Part shown: piece by piece, positions 1 through 12,815 of the stretch
How the letters are laid out: every line of letters starts with the position of its first letter
Numbering within the stretch: the stretch's first letter is position 1
Assembly (NCBI RefSeq): GCF_006345805.1
Contig: NC_042997.1
Span: 189,224,001 to 189,288,000 of the forward strand
Direction of reading: 5' to 3'
DNA length: 64,000 nucleotides
Origin: Octopus sinensis
Taxonomy: Eukaryota
Notes under the pieces: generated by a model
Told to the model about the DNA's origin: nothing
Seen by the model: only the letters and a program-made list of their open reading frames with translations
The model's database searches: none
Made by a program: the position numbers and the translations under genes

Positions 1-175
1 ATTTTAAATATAACAAAGAATTTAGTAAAATAACTTAGTTATCATTAAACTATTGTTAGGAAGATAAATTGTGACTAAGGTTTGGTGGAAGATTCTAATT
101 CAAAACTTATGAAAGCAAGACATTTGTACTCAGAGCCATAGCCGGTTTCAGTCGGGTTGGTAACGAAAAGGTTGA
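1..175. mobile_element. End of a probable non-autonomous DNA transposon (piggyBac-like terminus), cut by the window edge
   Basis: Ends in gggttggtaacgaaaaggttga, a degenerate form of the AGGG-TTAA end of piggyBac-type TIRs. The other end is not visible. Confidence 0.3.
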
Positions 176-276
176 GCTCCGAACGCAAAGATGGACGAAG
201 GCCCTCTAAATATTTTGTCCGGTGTGGTAACGATTCTCACCGTCTTCTATTGAAAATAAGTAATCCTTTCTACTGA

Positions 277-330
277 AGGCACAAAGCCCGCTATAGGCAC
301 AAAGCCTGCTATAGGCACAAAGCCTGCTAT
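277..330. repeat. 18-bp tandem repeat x3 (aggcacaaagcc[c/t]gctat) in the tail of a minus-strand SINE-A copy
   Basis: Three adjacent units at 277, 295 and 313. Confidence 0.9.
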
Positions 331-344
331 ATTGAGGGAAAACA

Positions 345-739
345 AGGTGGCGAGCTGGTAGAAAGGTTAGCACGCTAACGGTTTTTCATCTGTCTTTACG
401 TTATGTGTTCAAATTCCGCCAAGGTCGACTTTGCCTTTCATCTTTTTGGGGTCGATAAATTAAGTACCAGTTACGCACTGGGGTCGATGTAATCTGTCCT
501 TGTTTGTCCCCTCTATGTTTAGCCCCCTTGTGGGCAATAAAGAAATAAGAAACTTTAGCACACTGGGCAAAATGCTTAGCAGTTTTTCATCTGTCTTTAC
601 GTTCTGAGTTCAAATTCCGCCGAGGTTGACTTTGCCTTTCATCCTTTTGGGGTCGATAAATAAGTTGCGTACTGGGGTCGATCTAATCGACTGGCCCCTC
701 CCCCAAAATTTCAGGCCTTGTGCCTAGAGAAGAAAAGAA
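345..739 (+). mobile_element. SINE family A dimer nested inside an older minus-strand SINE-A copy (about 260-340 and 750-921)
   Basis: Head aaggtggcgagctggtagaa, B-box-like gagttcaaattcc, body gactttgcctttcatc...ggggtcgataaa present twice. Direct repeat tattgagggaa at 330-340 and 740-750. Confidence 0.85.
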
Positions 740-1220
740 TATTGAGGGAAGAAGCTAGTCGATTTCATCAACCCCCGTGCTCAACTGGTATTTCATTTAT
801 CAACTTCGAAATGATTAAAGGAAAACTCGACCGCGGCGGAATTTGAACTCAGAAGACACAAATCAGACGAAATGCTGCGAAGTATTTTGTCCAATGTGGT
901 AACGATTCTACTTCATCGCCTTCCATTAACAATAAATAATAAAACACAAATTACATATTTCGGAAAGAAGCCCCCAAACAGCGAGTTAGACTTAATACAG
1001 GTCTTAAAACAAGGAAACACAGTTTGGATAACGTATTGACATGCATGCTGTGTGTACGAAAAAAGAAGAAAACACAAAAAAGTTTCTGGTAGGAGCGGAA
1101 ACACTTTTGATGAAAGATCTTTTCAGTCAGTACTGGCTTCGGGCAAAACAACAACGACGACGACGATATATTTATACATACACACACACATACATACCTT
1201 CTTACTCTCCCCCTCTCTCA

Positions 1221-1264
<44 letters not shown>

Positions 1265-1334
1265 AATATATACACGATATGTGCGTGTGTGTGTATATAA
1301 AAAAAATATATATTTAAGTATACACACACATATG

Positions 1335-1550
1335 CTCTTAGCTTAGTTTTTCCTTCGGGCTGGCCAGATTGGAGCAATCTCGAGTATAACCAGCCGAAAT
1401 TGCAAAGACAATCTGGAACTCGACTGAGGAAAGAAAACTCCGAATGATCCCTCCTTGTTTTCTGTGTATCGTCTATCTGGATGTTTTGTTGTCCCTTTTT
1501 TGTATCACCTAACTGTCTGGATGTTTTGCGTTCTTGTCCGATTTTGTATT
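1335..1550 (+). mobile_element. Short TA-microsatellite-associated interspersed repeat, possibly a Penelope-like terminus; loosely related segments at 9490-9605(-), 17795-18005(+) and 29215-29345(+)
   Basis: Common layout: ctga[a/g]ga motif, then a T-rich tract running into (TA)n. The 17880-18005 and 29215-29345 segments are clearly homologous (cattgtgttcaa...gtcctgta.ccatatatgcatgtatata). Confidence 0.35.
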
Positions 1551-1567
1551 ATATATATATATATATA

Positions 1568-2030
1568 TAGCAGTGGCGACTCCGGCACTCGGGCTGTTCG
1601 GGTTTAGCCCGAGTATAAATTTAGTAAAATGAACGCGTATTTGCAATCTGATTCAATATCCAACAATACTGAAAGTATGTCTTGTAGCCAATGATTCGGA
1701 CTTCTATTGAGGCTGGTCGCAGTTAATTTATTTTCATTCAGCGTTTGGCGGTCGTCTCAAAGGTACCCTGTGTCAAAAAATATCATTTGTAGCAGACGTT
1801 TTCTCGACATCATTCACATGCGCCTGACTCGGGCTCTGAAGTTACAGCCCGAGTTGGTATCTATAATCTTAAAAATTAAAAGCAGTTCAAATTCAATGTT
1901 TTCTTGAAACAATAAATTTCTGTAGAGTTTAGGATTTAAATTCCAATGTATGAAAAGTTTCCGTTCTACAATATTCTTAAAGGGACGAAAAATTATCCAG
2001 CAACTCGGGCTAATACGAACGAGCCTGCTA
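1568..2030. mobile_element. MITE-like element with a partly deleted right TIR and repeated palindromic motif actcgggct-N10-agcccgagt
   Basis: Ends are tagca and tgcta. Motif at 1587-1614 and 1827-1854, and inverted/partial at 2003-2025. Confidence 0.5.
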
Positions 2031-2282
2031 GGTGTAAAAGACTAACTGGCATCTGTTGCCAAGAGTACAGGCGACAGTCAGATCGCTGATGTATTTTGTG
2101 CATTCCACTGTCGTTATTTAACTGTTATTCTGTGCGTCTGTGTGTAAAGATCAGTTGTGTTTTGCAGGGTTGCCCTATTTTCACCCTTAACTTAGAAATG
2201 GAGAAACATAGTGCTAGATATAAAAATTAGATATACATTAATTGGAAGCTGTATAAAAATTCGATACGCGTGACAGGGGTAG

Positions 2283-2592
2283 TTGCTGTTGTTTGTTCCT
2301 TCTCGAGCCATGCCTGGCTCATAAGGGCCGGTTTCCCGGTTTCATTGGCGTAGAGGTTCCCCACCTGGACGAGACGTCGGTCCGTCGCAGGTGAGCTGTT
2401 AGATGCAGGAGGAAAGAGTGAGAGAAAGTTGTGGCGAAAGAGTCAGCAGAAGTTTGCCATTACCTTCTGCCGGAGCCGCGCGGAACTTAAGTGTTCCGCT
2501 CCTAAACACACACATCGCCCGGTCTGAGATTCGAACCCGCGATCCCTCTACCGCAAGTCCACTGCTCTAACCACTAGGCCATGTGCCTCTAC
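2283..2592 (-). mobile_element. tRNA-derived SINE family B (tail type 1)
   Basis: Minus-strand head gtagaggcacatggcctagtggttagagc...gggttcgaatc with A and B boxes. Collinear with the copy at 5142-5437. Confidence 0.85.
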
Positions 2593-2929
2593 GTGGCAGA
2601 GGCAGTACTAATTTAAAGTAGCAAATTGTGCACCACATTTAATGCCGATGCATCATTTAAAGCTTAATTAATTGCGACGTTCGTCTTGAAACAATGTCTC
2701 TTATGGACGTACAGTGTTATAAAACACAAAATTATATAAGTAGCAGACATATAAAAAAAAAATCGTCCAGCAGCGGTAGGCTAAATGCGTATTATACCTC
2801 ATGAAGCTTCGTCTGTGGCTGTGGAGTTAGTCTTAGCTTATGTTTGCCTGTAGATACAATATATAATAAGGAAAGAGTTTCTCATACTCATTATTATTAT
2901 TAGTGTTGTTGTTAATTATTATTATAATT

Positions 2930-3365
2930 AATTTCAAATTCTCGATGAGGGAATAAATCAATTACATCGACTCCAGTGTTCAACTGGTATTTAACTTCTT
3001 GATCCCGGAAGGATGAAAAGCAAAATTGACCTCAGCGGAATTTGAACTAAGAATATAAAGACGGACGTATTGCCGTTAAGCATTTTCCCGGCGTGTTAAC
3101 GATTCTGTCAGTTTGCCGTCTTAGAGAGAGAGAGAGAGAGAGAGAGAGATATTGATTTCAAAGTTTTGGCACTAGGCGAGCAAGTTCGGGGGAGGGGATA
3201 AGTCGATTACATCAACCCCAGTCTTGAACTGCACTTAGGTTATTGATCCCGAAAGGATAAAAGGCAAAGTCGACCTCGGCGGAATTTGAACTCAGAACGT
3301 AAAGACAGAAGAACTGCCGCAAAGCATTTTGACCGGTGTGCTAACGCCTCTGCCAGTTCACTGTC
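2930..3365 (-). mobile_element. Two degenerate SINE-A copies separated by (GA)n
   Basis: ggatgaaaagcaaaattgacctcagcggaatttgaact and aaaggcaaagtcgacctcggcggaatttgaactcagaacg. Confidence 0.8.
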
Positions 3366-4085
3366 CTGAGGAGAGTGAAATATTGAAACGAAATGATTTG
3401 TAAATGCTGAAATAGATTGGAAAAAAGCTAAGTACACGGTTAAATAATCATTTGTATTTAACTGCTGTGTTTCTATTTTTTGTTTCTGTAAAGATAATAG
3501 TCTCATAATCAACTTTATTTTGGGATTTCGAAGAGAGAATACAATGCTTATTTAGCGAATCTTTCTTTTATGAATTTATCGTTTGATCAATTTGGTTCTG
3601 GTGTGAAAATTTTAATTGAAGTTTTACAAGCTGATGTTGGTTCATATTCAATTAGCGATCAGTTATCTATCCAACGCCAGTTATATTGAGTAAATTCATC
3701 ACCGGATGTTGCTTCCTATTCAATAGCATCAGATATCTCTGTAAAGTCAGTTATATTAATAATAGAAAATGTTTTCCGATTCAACGATTTAACGGCTTTG
3801 GAATAAAGGATGAAAGAAAAAGGCCAGACATAATCAGTAATATATTTAATGTTAGTTATATTCAGAAAACTCATCGACTAACATTGTTTCACAATCTGTC
3901 TGAATCGCCGACTATCCGTATAATGTCAGTTACATCCCGAATACAAAGTTTTATCCGCCTTGGAGTAAAGATAGAAAAAACAAAAACAAAAACAAAAGCA
4001 AAAAAGAAACAAAAAACTCCCTAAGCCTCAATCCACTTTTATTTTTAACTCACTTTAATTACTCATTATTTTACTTAGCACAATT

Positions 4086-4310
4086 TAAGGCTGTGAGCTG
4101 GTAGAATCGAGAATCGTTAGCACGCCGGTTAAACTGCTTAGAAGCATTTTGTCCGGCTTTACGTTCTGAGTTCAAATGCTGCCAAGGTTGACTTTGCCTT
4201 TCATCCTCTCGGGGTCGATAAAATAAGTAGCATTTGAGCACTCGGGTCGATGCGATCGACTTAACCCACCTCCCTTAAAATTACTGGCCTTGTGCTAAAA
4301 CTTAAACCAT
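4086..4310 (+). mobile_element. SINE-A monomer (tail type 1)
   Basis: aaggctgtgagctggtagaatcg...ttctgagttcaaat...ggccttgtgc. Confidence 0.8.
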
Positions 4311-4446
4311 TTTACTTCATCCGATCCAATAAACTTAAGAATCGAAACACTCGTTGCAAGTGTAACTGTTGGGTGCCTGGCATGGAGACCCGTCAATTTA
4401 AATAGCTTAAGTATTACATTAATTCAGTTAGTATAGTATACTATCA

Positions 4447-4900
4447 GTGTTTTTCGTAATCAATTTATTGTATGGGGCTGAGACATGGCGAACAACAGTT
4501 AAGTCAAATAAGCAAATACAATCATTCATCAACAGACGCATGCGTAGTATACTTAAAATTAGATGGCCCGAACACATAAGCAATATGGAGCTATGGCAAA
4601 GAACAAATGAAGTTTCGATTAGGGAGCAAATATTTAAGAAAACGTGGAAGTGGATTGGAAGCACAATTAGAAAAGACACACCAAATGTAGCGAAAAGTGC
4701 TTTACAGTGGAAACCGGATGGATATAGGAGGAGAGGTAGGCCTAAGAACTCGTGGCGGAGATCAACACAAAAGGAACTAGAGAAAGGAGGACGTTCATGG
4801 CAGAGTATTAGTACAGAAGCCAAAAATTATGCGACATGGAATTCAACTATAAGTGGCCTATACTCCGCGCTGGAGGGTTAAAGATATAAAGAAAGAAATA
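4447..4900 (+). mobile_element. 5'-truncated RTE-clade LINE, C-terminal part of the reverse transcriptase ORF
   Basis: Translation LLYGAETW...RSILKIRWPEHISN.ELW...WKWIG...ALQWKPDGYRRRGRPKNSWRR carries the RTE thumb/C-terminal motifs. An A-rich tail follows the stop. Confidence 0.9.
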
Positions 4901-5141
4901 AGTATGTTAGCTCAAAACGGTTTTCTTATGTCTTGGTATACAATACGTAGTTCAACTACCCATGTTTCGCCTAAAGTAGAATATAAATATCTAAATAATT
5001 TCGAAGAGGTCGGAACTGTGAGAAGTTGTAAGATAACCATTGTGACAGATAAAAGTGATATCTCCACTGATCTTAAAACTAAAGCAATCATCAAAAGAAA
5101 ATTGACGGAGAAAACATTTAGAAATGACTAAAGCTGAAGTA

Positions 5142-5437
5142 GTGGAGGCACATGTCATAGTGGTTAGAGCAGCGAATTTGCGGTAGAGGGAGCGCGGGTT
5201 CGAATCTGGGACCGGGCGATGTGTGTGTTTATGAGCGAAACACCTAAGCTCCACGCGGCTCCGGCAGAAGGTAATGGCGAACTTCTGCTGACTCTTTCGC
5301 CACAACTTTCTCTCACTCTTTCCTCCTGCGTCTTGCAGCTCACTTGCAACAGACCGGCATCCTGTCCAGGTGGGGAGCCTATACGCCAAGGAAACCGGCC
5401 CTATGAGCCAGGCATGGCTTGAGAAGGAACAAACAAG
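5142..5437 (+). mobile_element. SINE family B (tail type 1), full length with TSD
   Basis: tRNA-like head and (aaac)n end. TSD gctgaagta at 5133-5141 and 5438-5446. Confidence 0.9.
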
Positions 5438-5628
5438 GCTGAAGTAAAGTTAATTGAATAAAACTGAATTATATCTGAATTAATGGCTGAATTTTCTTAA
5501 AACCTATTTAGAAGTGGTTCTCACCAAAATATTATAAATATTGACTGATTATTAAATGTATATGCGAAGCAAAGTGTTTTCTTTTTGTGTGTCTTCTAGT
5601 AAATTTGAAGATTGATTAATACATAACA

Positions 5629-5791
5629 GGCGCAGGTATGGGTGTGTGGTTAAGAAACCCGCATTGCAGCCACGTGGTTTCGGGTTCAGTCCCGCTGCTC
5701 AGTACCTTGGGCAAATGTCTTCTATAGCCTCTGGCAAACCAAAGCCTTGTGAGAGTCTTATGAGTGAATTTGGTTGACAAAAACTATATGG
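5629..5791 (+). mobile_element. SINE family C 5' half (tRNA head plus CORE-like segment)
   Basis: ggcgcagg...gggttcagtccc...accttgggcaaatgtcttct. Homologous to 38189-38340. Confidence 0.75.
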
Positions 5792-5989
5792 TATCCGGAC
5801 AACCCAATAGATAGATAGATAGATAGATAGAGAGATAGAGAGAGAGAGAGAGATAGAGGAGGATGGGTAATGCCATGACCATTGTTGGACCTCTCGGACT
5901 GGTAGGAAACAAATTATTTTATGTTTTCTCTGGTTCCCAACAAAGAAAAGCCGACGGTTTTAACCAGGACGTACTTCTATAGAAATAAT

Positions 5990-6186
5990 CCTTTTTACTA
6001 TAAGCACAAGGACAGAAATTTAGGGGAGGAGCTAGTTGATTACATCGACCCGAGTGCTCAACTGGTACTTATTTCGACGACCCTGAAAGTTGACCTCGGC
6101 GGGATTTGAACTCAGACGCAAGGACGGACGGAATGCCGCTAAGCATTTTGTCCGGCGCGCTAACGATTCTGTCAGTTTGCCACCCT
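5990..6186 (-). mobile_element. SINE-A monomer with 16-bp TSD
   Basis: cttctataga[a/g]ataat at 5974-5989 and 6187-6202. Confidence 0.85.
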
Positions 6187-6397
6187 CTTCTATAGAGATA
6201 ATGAAATGGCAAATGTGACGTGTATGTCTTTTCGAAAGTTCTAAATGAAGTATAAGTAGAATAAAACTGATTCTTTAGCTCAGGGCTTAAATTCGACTCC
6301 CTAAGCAGGATATCTTTTAATCTACCCCCTCCTCATTAAGTTCTTGATACAATGTACTTACGGTGGTACGTTTTACAGACGTGGTTAGGGAAAGATG

Positions 6398-6816
6398 AAG
6401 GCGGCAGGCTGGCAGAATCGTTAGCACGCCGGGCGATATGCTTAGCGGTATTTCGTCTGCCGTTACGTTCTGAGTTCAAATTCCGCCGAGGTCGACTTTG
6501 CCTTTCATCCTTTCGGGGTCGATTAAATAAGTACTAGTTACGCACTGGGGTCGATATAATCGACTTAATCCGTTTGTCTGTCCTTGTTTGTCCTCTCTGT
6601 GTTTAGCCTCTTATGGGTAGTAAAGAAATAGGTATTTTGTCTGCCGCTACGTTCTGAGTTCAAATTGCGCCGAGGTCGACTTTGCCTTTCATCCTTTCGG
6701 GGTCGATAAAATAAGTACCAGTTACGCACTGGGGTCGATATAATCGACTTAATCCGTTTGTCTGTCCTTGTTTGCCCTGTCTCTGTGTTTAGCCCCTTGT
6801 GGGTAGTAAAGTAATA
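6398..6816 (+). mobile_element. SINE-A dimer (tail type 2 twice) with TSD
   Basis: Second unit restarts at ggtattt after gtagtaaagaaata (about 6630). TSD ggttagggaaaga at 6383-6395 and 6817-6829. Confidence 0.9.
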
Positions 6817-7485
6817 GGTTAGGGAAAGACTGTAACAAGCGTGTCTCTTTTTCCCGGGCATACAGCTCATGAAGAGGAGTAGGCAAAGTGACTGCAATTT
6901 GAGAGCTTAGTTTGTTAGAAGCTTATTTCTTACTCTTCGACGTCTGCTTCCAATTTATTGATTATGTTCATTCACAAAAAAAGTTTACGTATGGAGTGCA
7001 TAATGGTCTCATGTTTATACAAAGGATTCCTTTTAGCATAATATTTTCCTTCTCTTGAGAATACGTGTATAGATGTGCGCGAATCTGATAATCAATGCGG
7101 CATCGCATATTTGAAAAGCATAGCGGAAAAAGGATGTCAGTCTGACCTGGCACATTCTGAGATATTTTCAATCAAAATCGAAAGTCTATATTGTAATTCG
7201 CAATGACGTAGATTAGCTATAGTCAATAGTAGATTAAGAATAGTCACACACACGCATGCATGCATGCATGCATGCATACATACATACGTACATACATATA
7301 TAGATACACATATACGCGCACGCACAGGCGTTCGCGAAGCTTGTATGTTCCCCTCTCTAATATTGTTAATGCATTTACAAAATGTCTAAGCCTAAATGTA
7401 ACAGAATAAAACAATAGAATAAAAATCCTCACCTCTTATAAATACGACGGCTTCTGCAAGAATCATGAGTGTGTGTACGTCCGCG

Positions 7486-7748
7486 TACATACATACATAC
7501 ATACATACATACATACATACATACATACATACATACATTCATACATACATACATACATACATACATACATACATACACATACATACATACATGTTTATAT
7601 GTGTGTGCACACATACGCGCCTATAAACACGCACACACTGTTCAAGCATGAAACTAGAAGTAGCTCATGGATTACTCCTGTAGTCATTTAATGATATATA
7701 TATATATATATGTAAATATGTATATATATATGTGTGTGTGTATGTGTG

Positions 7749-7808
<60 letters not shown>

Positions 7809-7940
7809 TATATATGTATATATATGTGTATATATATGCATACATATATGTATATACATACATGTACATATACATACATGTATATATACATATATGTATA
7901 TATACATACATGTATGTATGTATATATGTATGTATGTACA
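7486..7940. repeat. Compound (CATA)n / (TA)n / (TG)n microsatellites
   Basis: Directly visible; source of several spurious ORFs. Confidence 0.95.
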
Positions 7941-9272
7941 CAATAGCGTGCAGCTAACATTTTAACAATAGGTTCACTCAACTAATTTGGTGGGGACATG
8001 GATGGATGTCCACGAAAGAGAGATACTTTGAAATGGTGGGAACCCTTAGAGGTGAGTTGAACGAAGGAGAATGGTCGGCTGGCTACTTGGCGAAAAAGAC
8101 TCTATACTTCTCTCGACTTCCCATGAAAATAATTATAGTTAAGACAAGTTAAAACGCAGTGGTAAGACTGTAGGAGACAGAGAGGGAAATAGATATAACA
8201 TGAAACAGCACAGATAAATACAGTTATATTACAGATTAAAGATGGGATGGTTGATGGCGCTTATGTAGCAAATGGTAAGCGTGTATGCAGGAGCATAAAT
8301 GTGAACACAGTTACATACACTCGAACATCCAACCGTACATCGATAAATCTTACTTATGAACTAAATATTGGAAATACAAGATCACATGCAGCAAACAAGG
8401 GATTAATTTTATTTTAAAAAAAACATTGAAGGGCCAACTGACTATGTGACATGTTTGGCATTGAAATTTTCTTCAGTAGATTTCTGTACAACATTTGGCG
8501 AAAGTCTACGACTGCTTCACTTTTATAAAGATTTTAATAACAGGCTCGTGCACTTTTACATCTACGCGCGCGTGCACACTCACGCACACATATACCCTTA
8601 TGCTTACATCTGTATTTTTATCAACTGAGGTTCACTAGTATATTGACTTCGATTGAACACATGCTAAACGTTCTAATGTTTAAGCATTTAATACGCAACA
8701 CGTGAAGTAGATTTTGACAGGATCTCATGGCGAACCACCTACAACATCATGCAGGGATATAATTATTATTTTATATTTGAGTTAGTTTTGCATTTTCAAG
8801 CGTTAAATGGCACGTAGCGGATCCATGTTGATAATTGAACCCTCAAGTTAAATTCCTAGCAATGCGTATTTTTTTTCAATATTTTATTGTCTATTCCAAG
8901 TGGATCCAAATTTCATATAAACTTGTCAACGAATGCAGGACAATGGAAAAATATATAATAGCATTGATATGTTGACTGGACGACTCTTCGGCACATATTT
9001 CGTTCTACAGGGAAGAAGAAGAAGAAGGAGGAGGAGGAGGAGAAGAAGAAGAAGAAAAAGAAGAAGAAGAAGAAACCTATGGAAGGGAGATCCAACATAC
9101 ATTCAACTTTGTTGAAAAGTATAATGGCGGTACTCCAGAATGGCCACAGCCTTAGGGTTAAGACGTATAAAAGAATACACACATATATATGTATATATAT
9201 ATATACATATATTTATATGTGTGTGTGTATGTATATATATATATATTATATATATATATATTATATATATAT

Positions 9273-9440
9273 AGTTAATCCAAACAAGAAAACACAAAAA
9301 AACACAGCAACGCAAGGACGTGGAACAAATAAAGTATTATTGGACGCTCAGGAAAGAAGGGAAGGAGGGTTTAACGTTTCGAGCGGAGCTCTTCGTCGGA
9401 AACAAAGGAGAAGGAAAGATCCCGAGAAGGGAAGACAGAG
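9273..9440 (-). mobile_element. Penelope-like short element (family P) with hammerhead motif; second copy at 35160-35372(+)
   Basis: Near-identical ~170-bp sequence at two loci, both abutting (TA)n at the same end. Confidence 0.7.
9369..9403 (-). ncRNA. Minimal type I hammerhead ribozyme motif, U4C variant
   Basis: GUUU-CCGACGA-A-GAGC-UCC-GCUC-GAAA-C-GUU-AAAC: stems I and II in register, palindromic AACGUU helix III. Confidence 0.6.
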
Positions 9441-9616
9441 GACATATATACACCCACACACCCACACACATCAAGTACAGGACATCACCAACGAGTGAAA
9501 AATACGTAAACACATAATGAGAGACAAGTACGGGACAGAATACCGAAAGAAGTCTGACCTCTCTTCAGTTGTCGTCTGTTAATTACTCCCTATTTCAAAC
9601 TTTCAATATATATAAT

Positions 9617-9649
<33 letters not shown>

Positions 9650-9680
9650 ACACACACACACACACACAAGCACACACACA

Positions 9681-9713
<33 letters not shown>

Positions 9714-10214
9714 CACACACACACACACACACACATTCAAATGTAAATGAAAGATCCGAAGTTTCCGAACTGAAAGGAACAGCTTCTTCAACTCACTCTC
9801 TACTGTTTGATAAAGGAGACGAAGTTAAGTGTAATCCCGAAGAAAAGATGAAATAGTCAAGGCTAGAATGCCTTGAATCATAACTTTGCACATTCAGAGC
9901 TACGTTACAAGAATTTTGAAACTTCGATTGAACGTAAAATAATTCGTTTCTACCAGTTGAACTGGAAGTAGATAAAGTTATGTATAGTAACATTAAATAT
10001 TGTATTAGCTTTGTCTACTTCGAGTTGAACCGTTAAAAACTAATTATTTTATATATATATATATGTAAAGGAACAGATTGATTGGAGCAGTCCTGAACAC
10101 AGTATGCTTAAATAACATACACGATGGCCATAGTTAGAGTATCTTCTCTCATACATATGCTTCTCGATCGGGGCTAAATAGGGAAGTTTTCAAACTGAAA
10201 ATACTAGTGAAATA

Positions 10215-10615
10215 TCCTTTCAACTCTAGGCACAATGCCCTAAATTTTTGGAAAGGGTGCCAGTGGATTAGATCGACCCTAGTATGCAACTGGTACTTAA
10301 TTTATCGACCTCGAAAGGATGAAAGGCAAAGTCGAACTCGGCGGAATTTGAACTCAGAACGTAATGGCAGACGAAATACCTATTTCTTTACTACCCATAA
10401 GGGGCTACACACATAGAGGGGACAAACAAGGACAGACAAACGGATTAAGTCGATTATATCGACCCCAGTGCGTAACTGGTACTTATTTAATCGACCCCGA
10501 AAGGATGAAAGGCAAAGTCGACCTCGGCAGAATTTGAACTCGGAACGTAGCGGCAGGCGAAATACTGCTAAGCATCTCGACCGGCGTGCTAACGTTTCTG
10601 CCAGCGCGCCGCCTT
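10215..10615 (-). mobile_element. SINE-A dimer (head-body-tail2-body-tail1)
   Basis: Junction acgaaatacc|tatttctttactaccc at about 10380. Confidence 0.9.
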
Positions 10616-10892
10616 GCCTCACCACTTTATTCATGGGAATAGAAAATATTTTGTATGTATACAATTCCTTTCTCGCTATGCTATTAAACACGTTTAAAAC
10701 CATCGAAATAAAATCATCTTAATCCTTAGCCTGTCTTGTGTTTCACATATGATACACAAGACATATTTCCTTGGCTTCCATGCATCATATATGATACACA
10801 TTTCCAATTTTTTTTTCAACCACTAGAGTAACCCAGGACTTATAAAGGGAAAATTATATATTACTTTGTACAGGCAAAAGGTTAATTTGATG

Positions 10893-11496
10893 AAATTGAT
10901 CTAATATGATACTTTCTTAGTAGAAAGGATGAACTCTGAACGGAAAACCGATGAATTCTGAAAGGAAAACCGGAAGAACTGTCGTTAAGTATTTTATCTG
11001 GCGCGATAACAAAATTGTTCCAATATAATGGTTTCATATGTTGGCACAAGCCTAGCAGATTTTGAGGGGGTGGTGGGCTAGTCGATTACATTGATGCCAG
11101 TGCTGAATTGGTACTTATTTTATCGACCCCGACAGGATGAAAGACAAAGTGGAACCTGGCAAAATTTGAACTCAGAACGTAAAGATGGAGGAAATGCCGC
11201 TAAGTGTCTTGTCTGGCGTGCCAACGATCCTGCCGGTCCGCTGCCTTAAAATTGATCTAATATAATGGTTTCAAATTCTGACACAAGGTCAGCGATTTCG
11301 GTGAGGGGTAAGTCGATTAAGTTTACCCCAGTGATCAGCTAGCACTTGTTTTATCAACCAAGAAAGGATAAAAGGCAAATTCGACCTCATTGGAATTTGA
11401 ACTCAGAACGTAAGGACGGATGAAATGCCGCTAAGCATTTTGCCCCGTATGCGAAAGATTCTGCCAGCTCGCCGCCCTAAATTGATCCAGCATGAT
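10893..11496 (-). mobile_element. Three tandem divergent SINE-A copies separated by a repeated ~18-bp target sequence
   Basis: aaattg[a/t]tc[t/c]a[a/g][t/c]at[g/a]at at 10893, 11012, 11249 and 11479. Confidence 0.8.
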
Positions 11497-11964
11497 AGCA
11501 TGGTAATTTGTTCACTCTCTTTTCGAACTTCACAATTTTTTGGCGTCATGAGGAACACTGGGCTAGGTGTCTAAATGTCTAAATGACAACAACAACAACA
11601 ACATAAATTGTAATTAAGAACCACACAAAAATTGTAAAATAATTATGAAAGCTCATAAAGGAGCATTGTATAATTTTACAGGCAAACATAATCTCATATT
11701 AAAAAACCAAAAACAAAAGCAAAAAAAAAAAACAGAAACAAAACACAAACCACACATTCGCAAACACATAAACACACGCATATTTAATATTTGGTATCAA
11801 AGTAAATATGCCAGACTACAATTCCATAACTTCGACTTCTCACGAATCGCCCATCACCAGCTTTATAACATGCCATTCATGTTTATCACTCGATGTGTGA
11901 CCGCGCATTTTTCTTTTAGATCCTGTATCAGAAGTTGACTCCGCTTTGTCTTTTATTGAATTGA

Positions 11965-11967
11965 CTG

Positions 11968-12028
<61 letters not shown>

Positions 12029-12077
12029 ATCTATCTATCTATCTTTCTCTCTCTCTCTCTCTCTCTCGCTCTATCTA

Positions 12078-12122
<45 letters not shown>

Positions 12123-12754
12123 ATCTATCTAACTACATATTTATATACATATATGTGTGTATGTGAGTGTGTGCGTGTATGTGTGTGTGCATGTGTGTAT
12201 GTATAAACATATACATCAAGAGAGAGTGAGTGAGAGAGAGAGAGAGAGAGAGAGGTGGAAGGACAGCCTGTGACATTTACAGTTTTGCAAACTTCAACAC
12301 CTCCCACACACTCACCCATATACACACACACACATACACACACACATACACACACACATACACACACACATACACACACACACACACACACCACAAACAC
12401 ATATACACATGCGTGCACGCATGCACACGCGCACACACATATAGATGAAGATTTACATTAACATACACATTCATTTGCACATATGCTGAAACTCAGACGC
12501 AGATATGTTTGTACGATATGATTCTCGAACTGTGAGACTTTCTCTTTTACCCGCACTTTCTCATTCCCACACTCGCTCTCCGTCTCTCTCTGTCTGTCTC
12601 TCTCCCTCTCTCTCTCTCTCTTTTCCCCAATATCTTCGTGTTTCTCTGTCTAACTCTTGTCTGATTCTTTATTTACCAACACGTCTGTCTGGCTTTCTGT
12701 TGCGCCCGTCTCTTTGATTTTCTTTCTCTCTCTTTCACACACACACACACACAC

Positions 12755-12805
<51 letters not shown>

Positions 12806-12815
12806 ACACACACAC
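11965..12815. repeat. Compound (TCTA)n, (TC)n, (TCTG)n, (GA)n, (CA)n and (CG)n microsatellites
   Basis: Directly visible. Confidence 0.95.

Noticed and set aside
1355-1450. Possible permuted hammerhead (gaaa-ttg...caa-tc...ctgagga)
   Set aside because: Stem I and stem II partners do not pair in the required register.
4912-5094. Minus-strand FRYLYSTLG...ELRI resembling the RT YLG motif
   Set aside because: Too short and degenerate, and on the wrong side of the RTE fragment for a twin-priming inversion.
5142-5215. tRNA-like sequences at SINE heads (also about 2520-2592, 17525-17598, 48244-48315, 54390-54464)
   Set aside because: They continue into SINE bodies with TSDs, so they are not stand-alone tRNA genes.
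6450-6816. SINE-A tandem units as a retrozyme
   Set aside because: No hammerhead core found on either strand of the unit.
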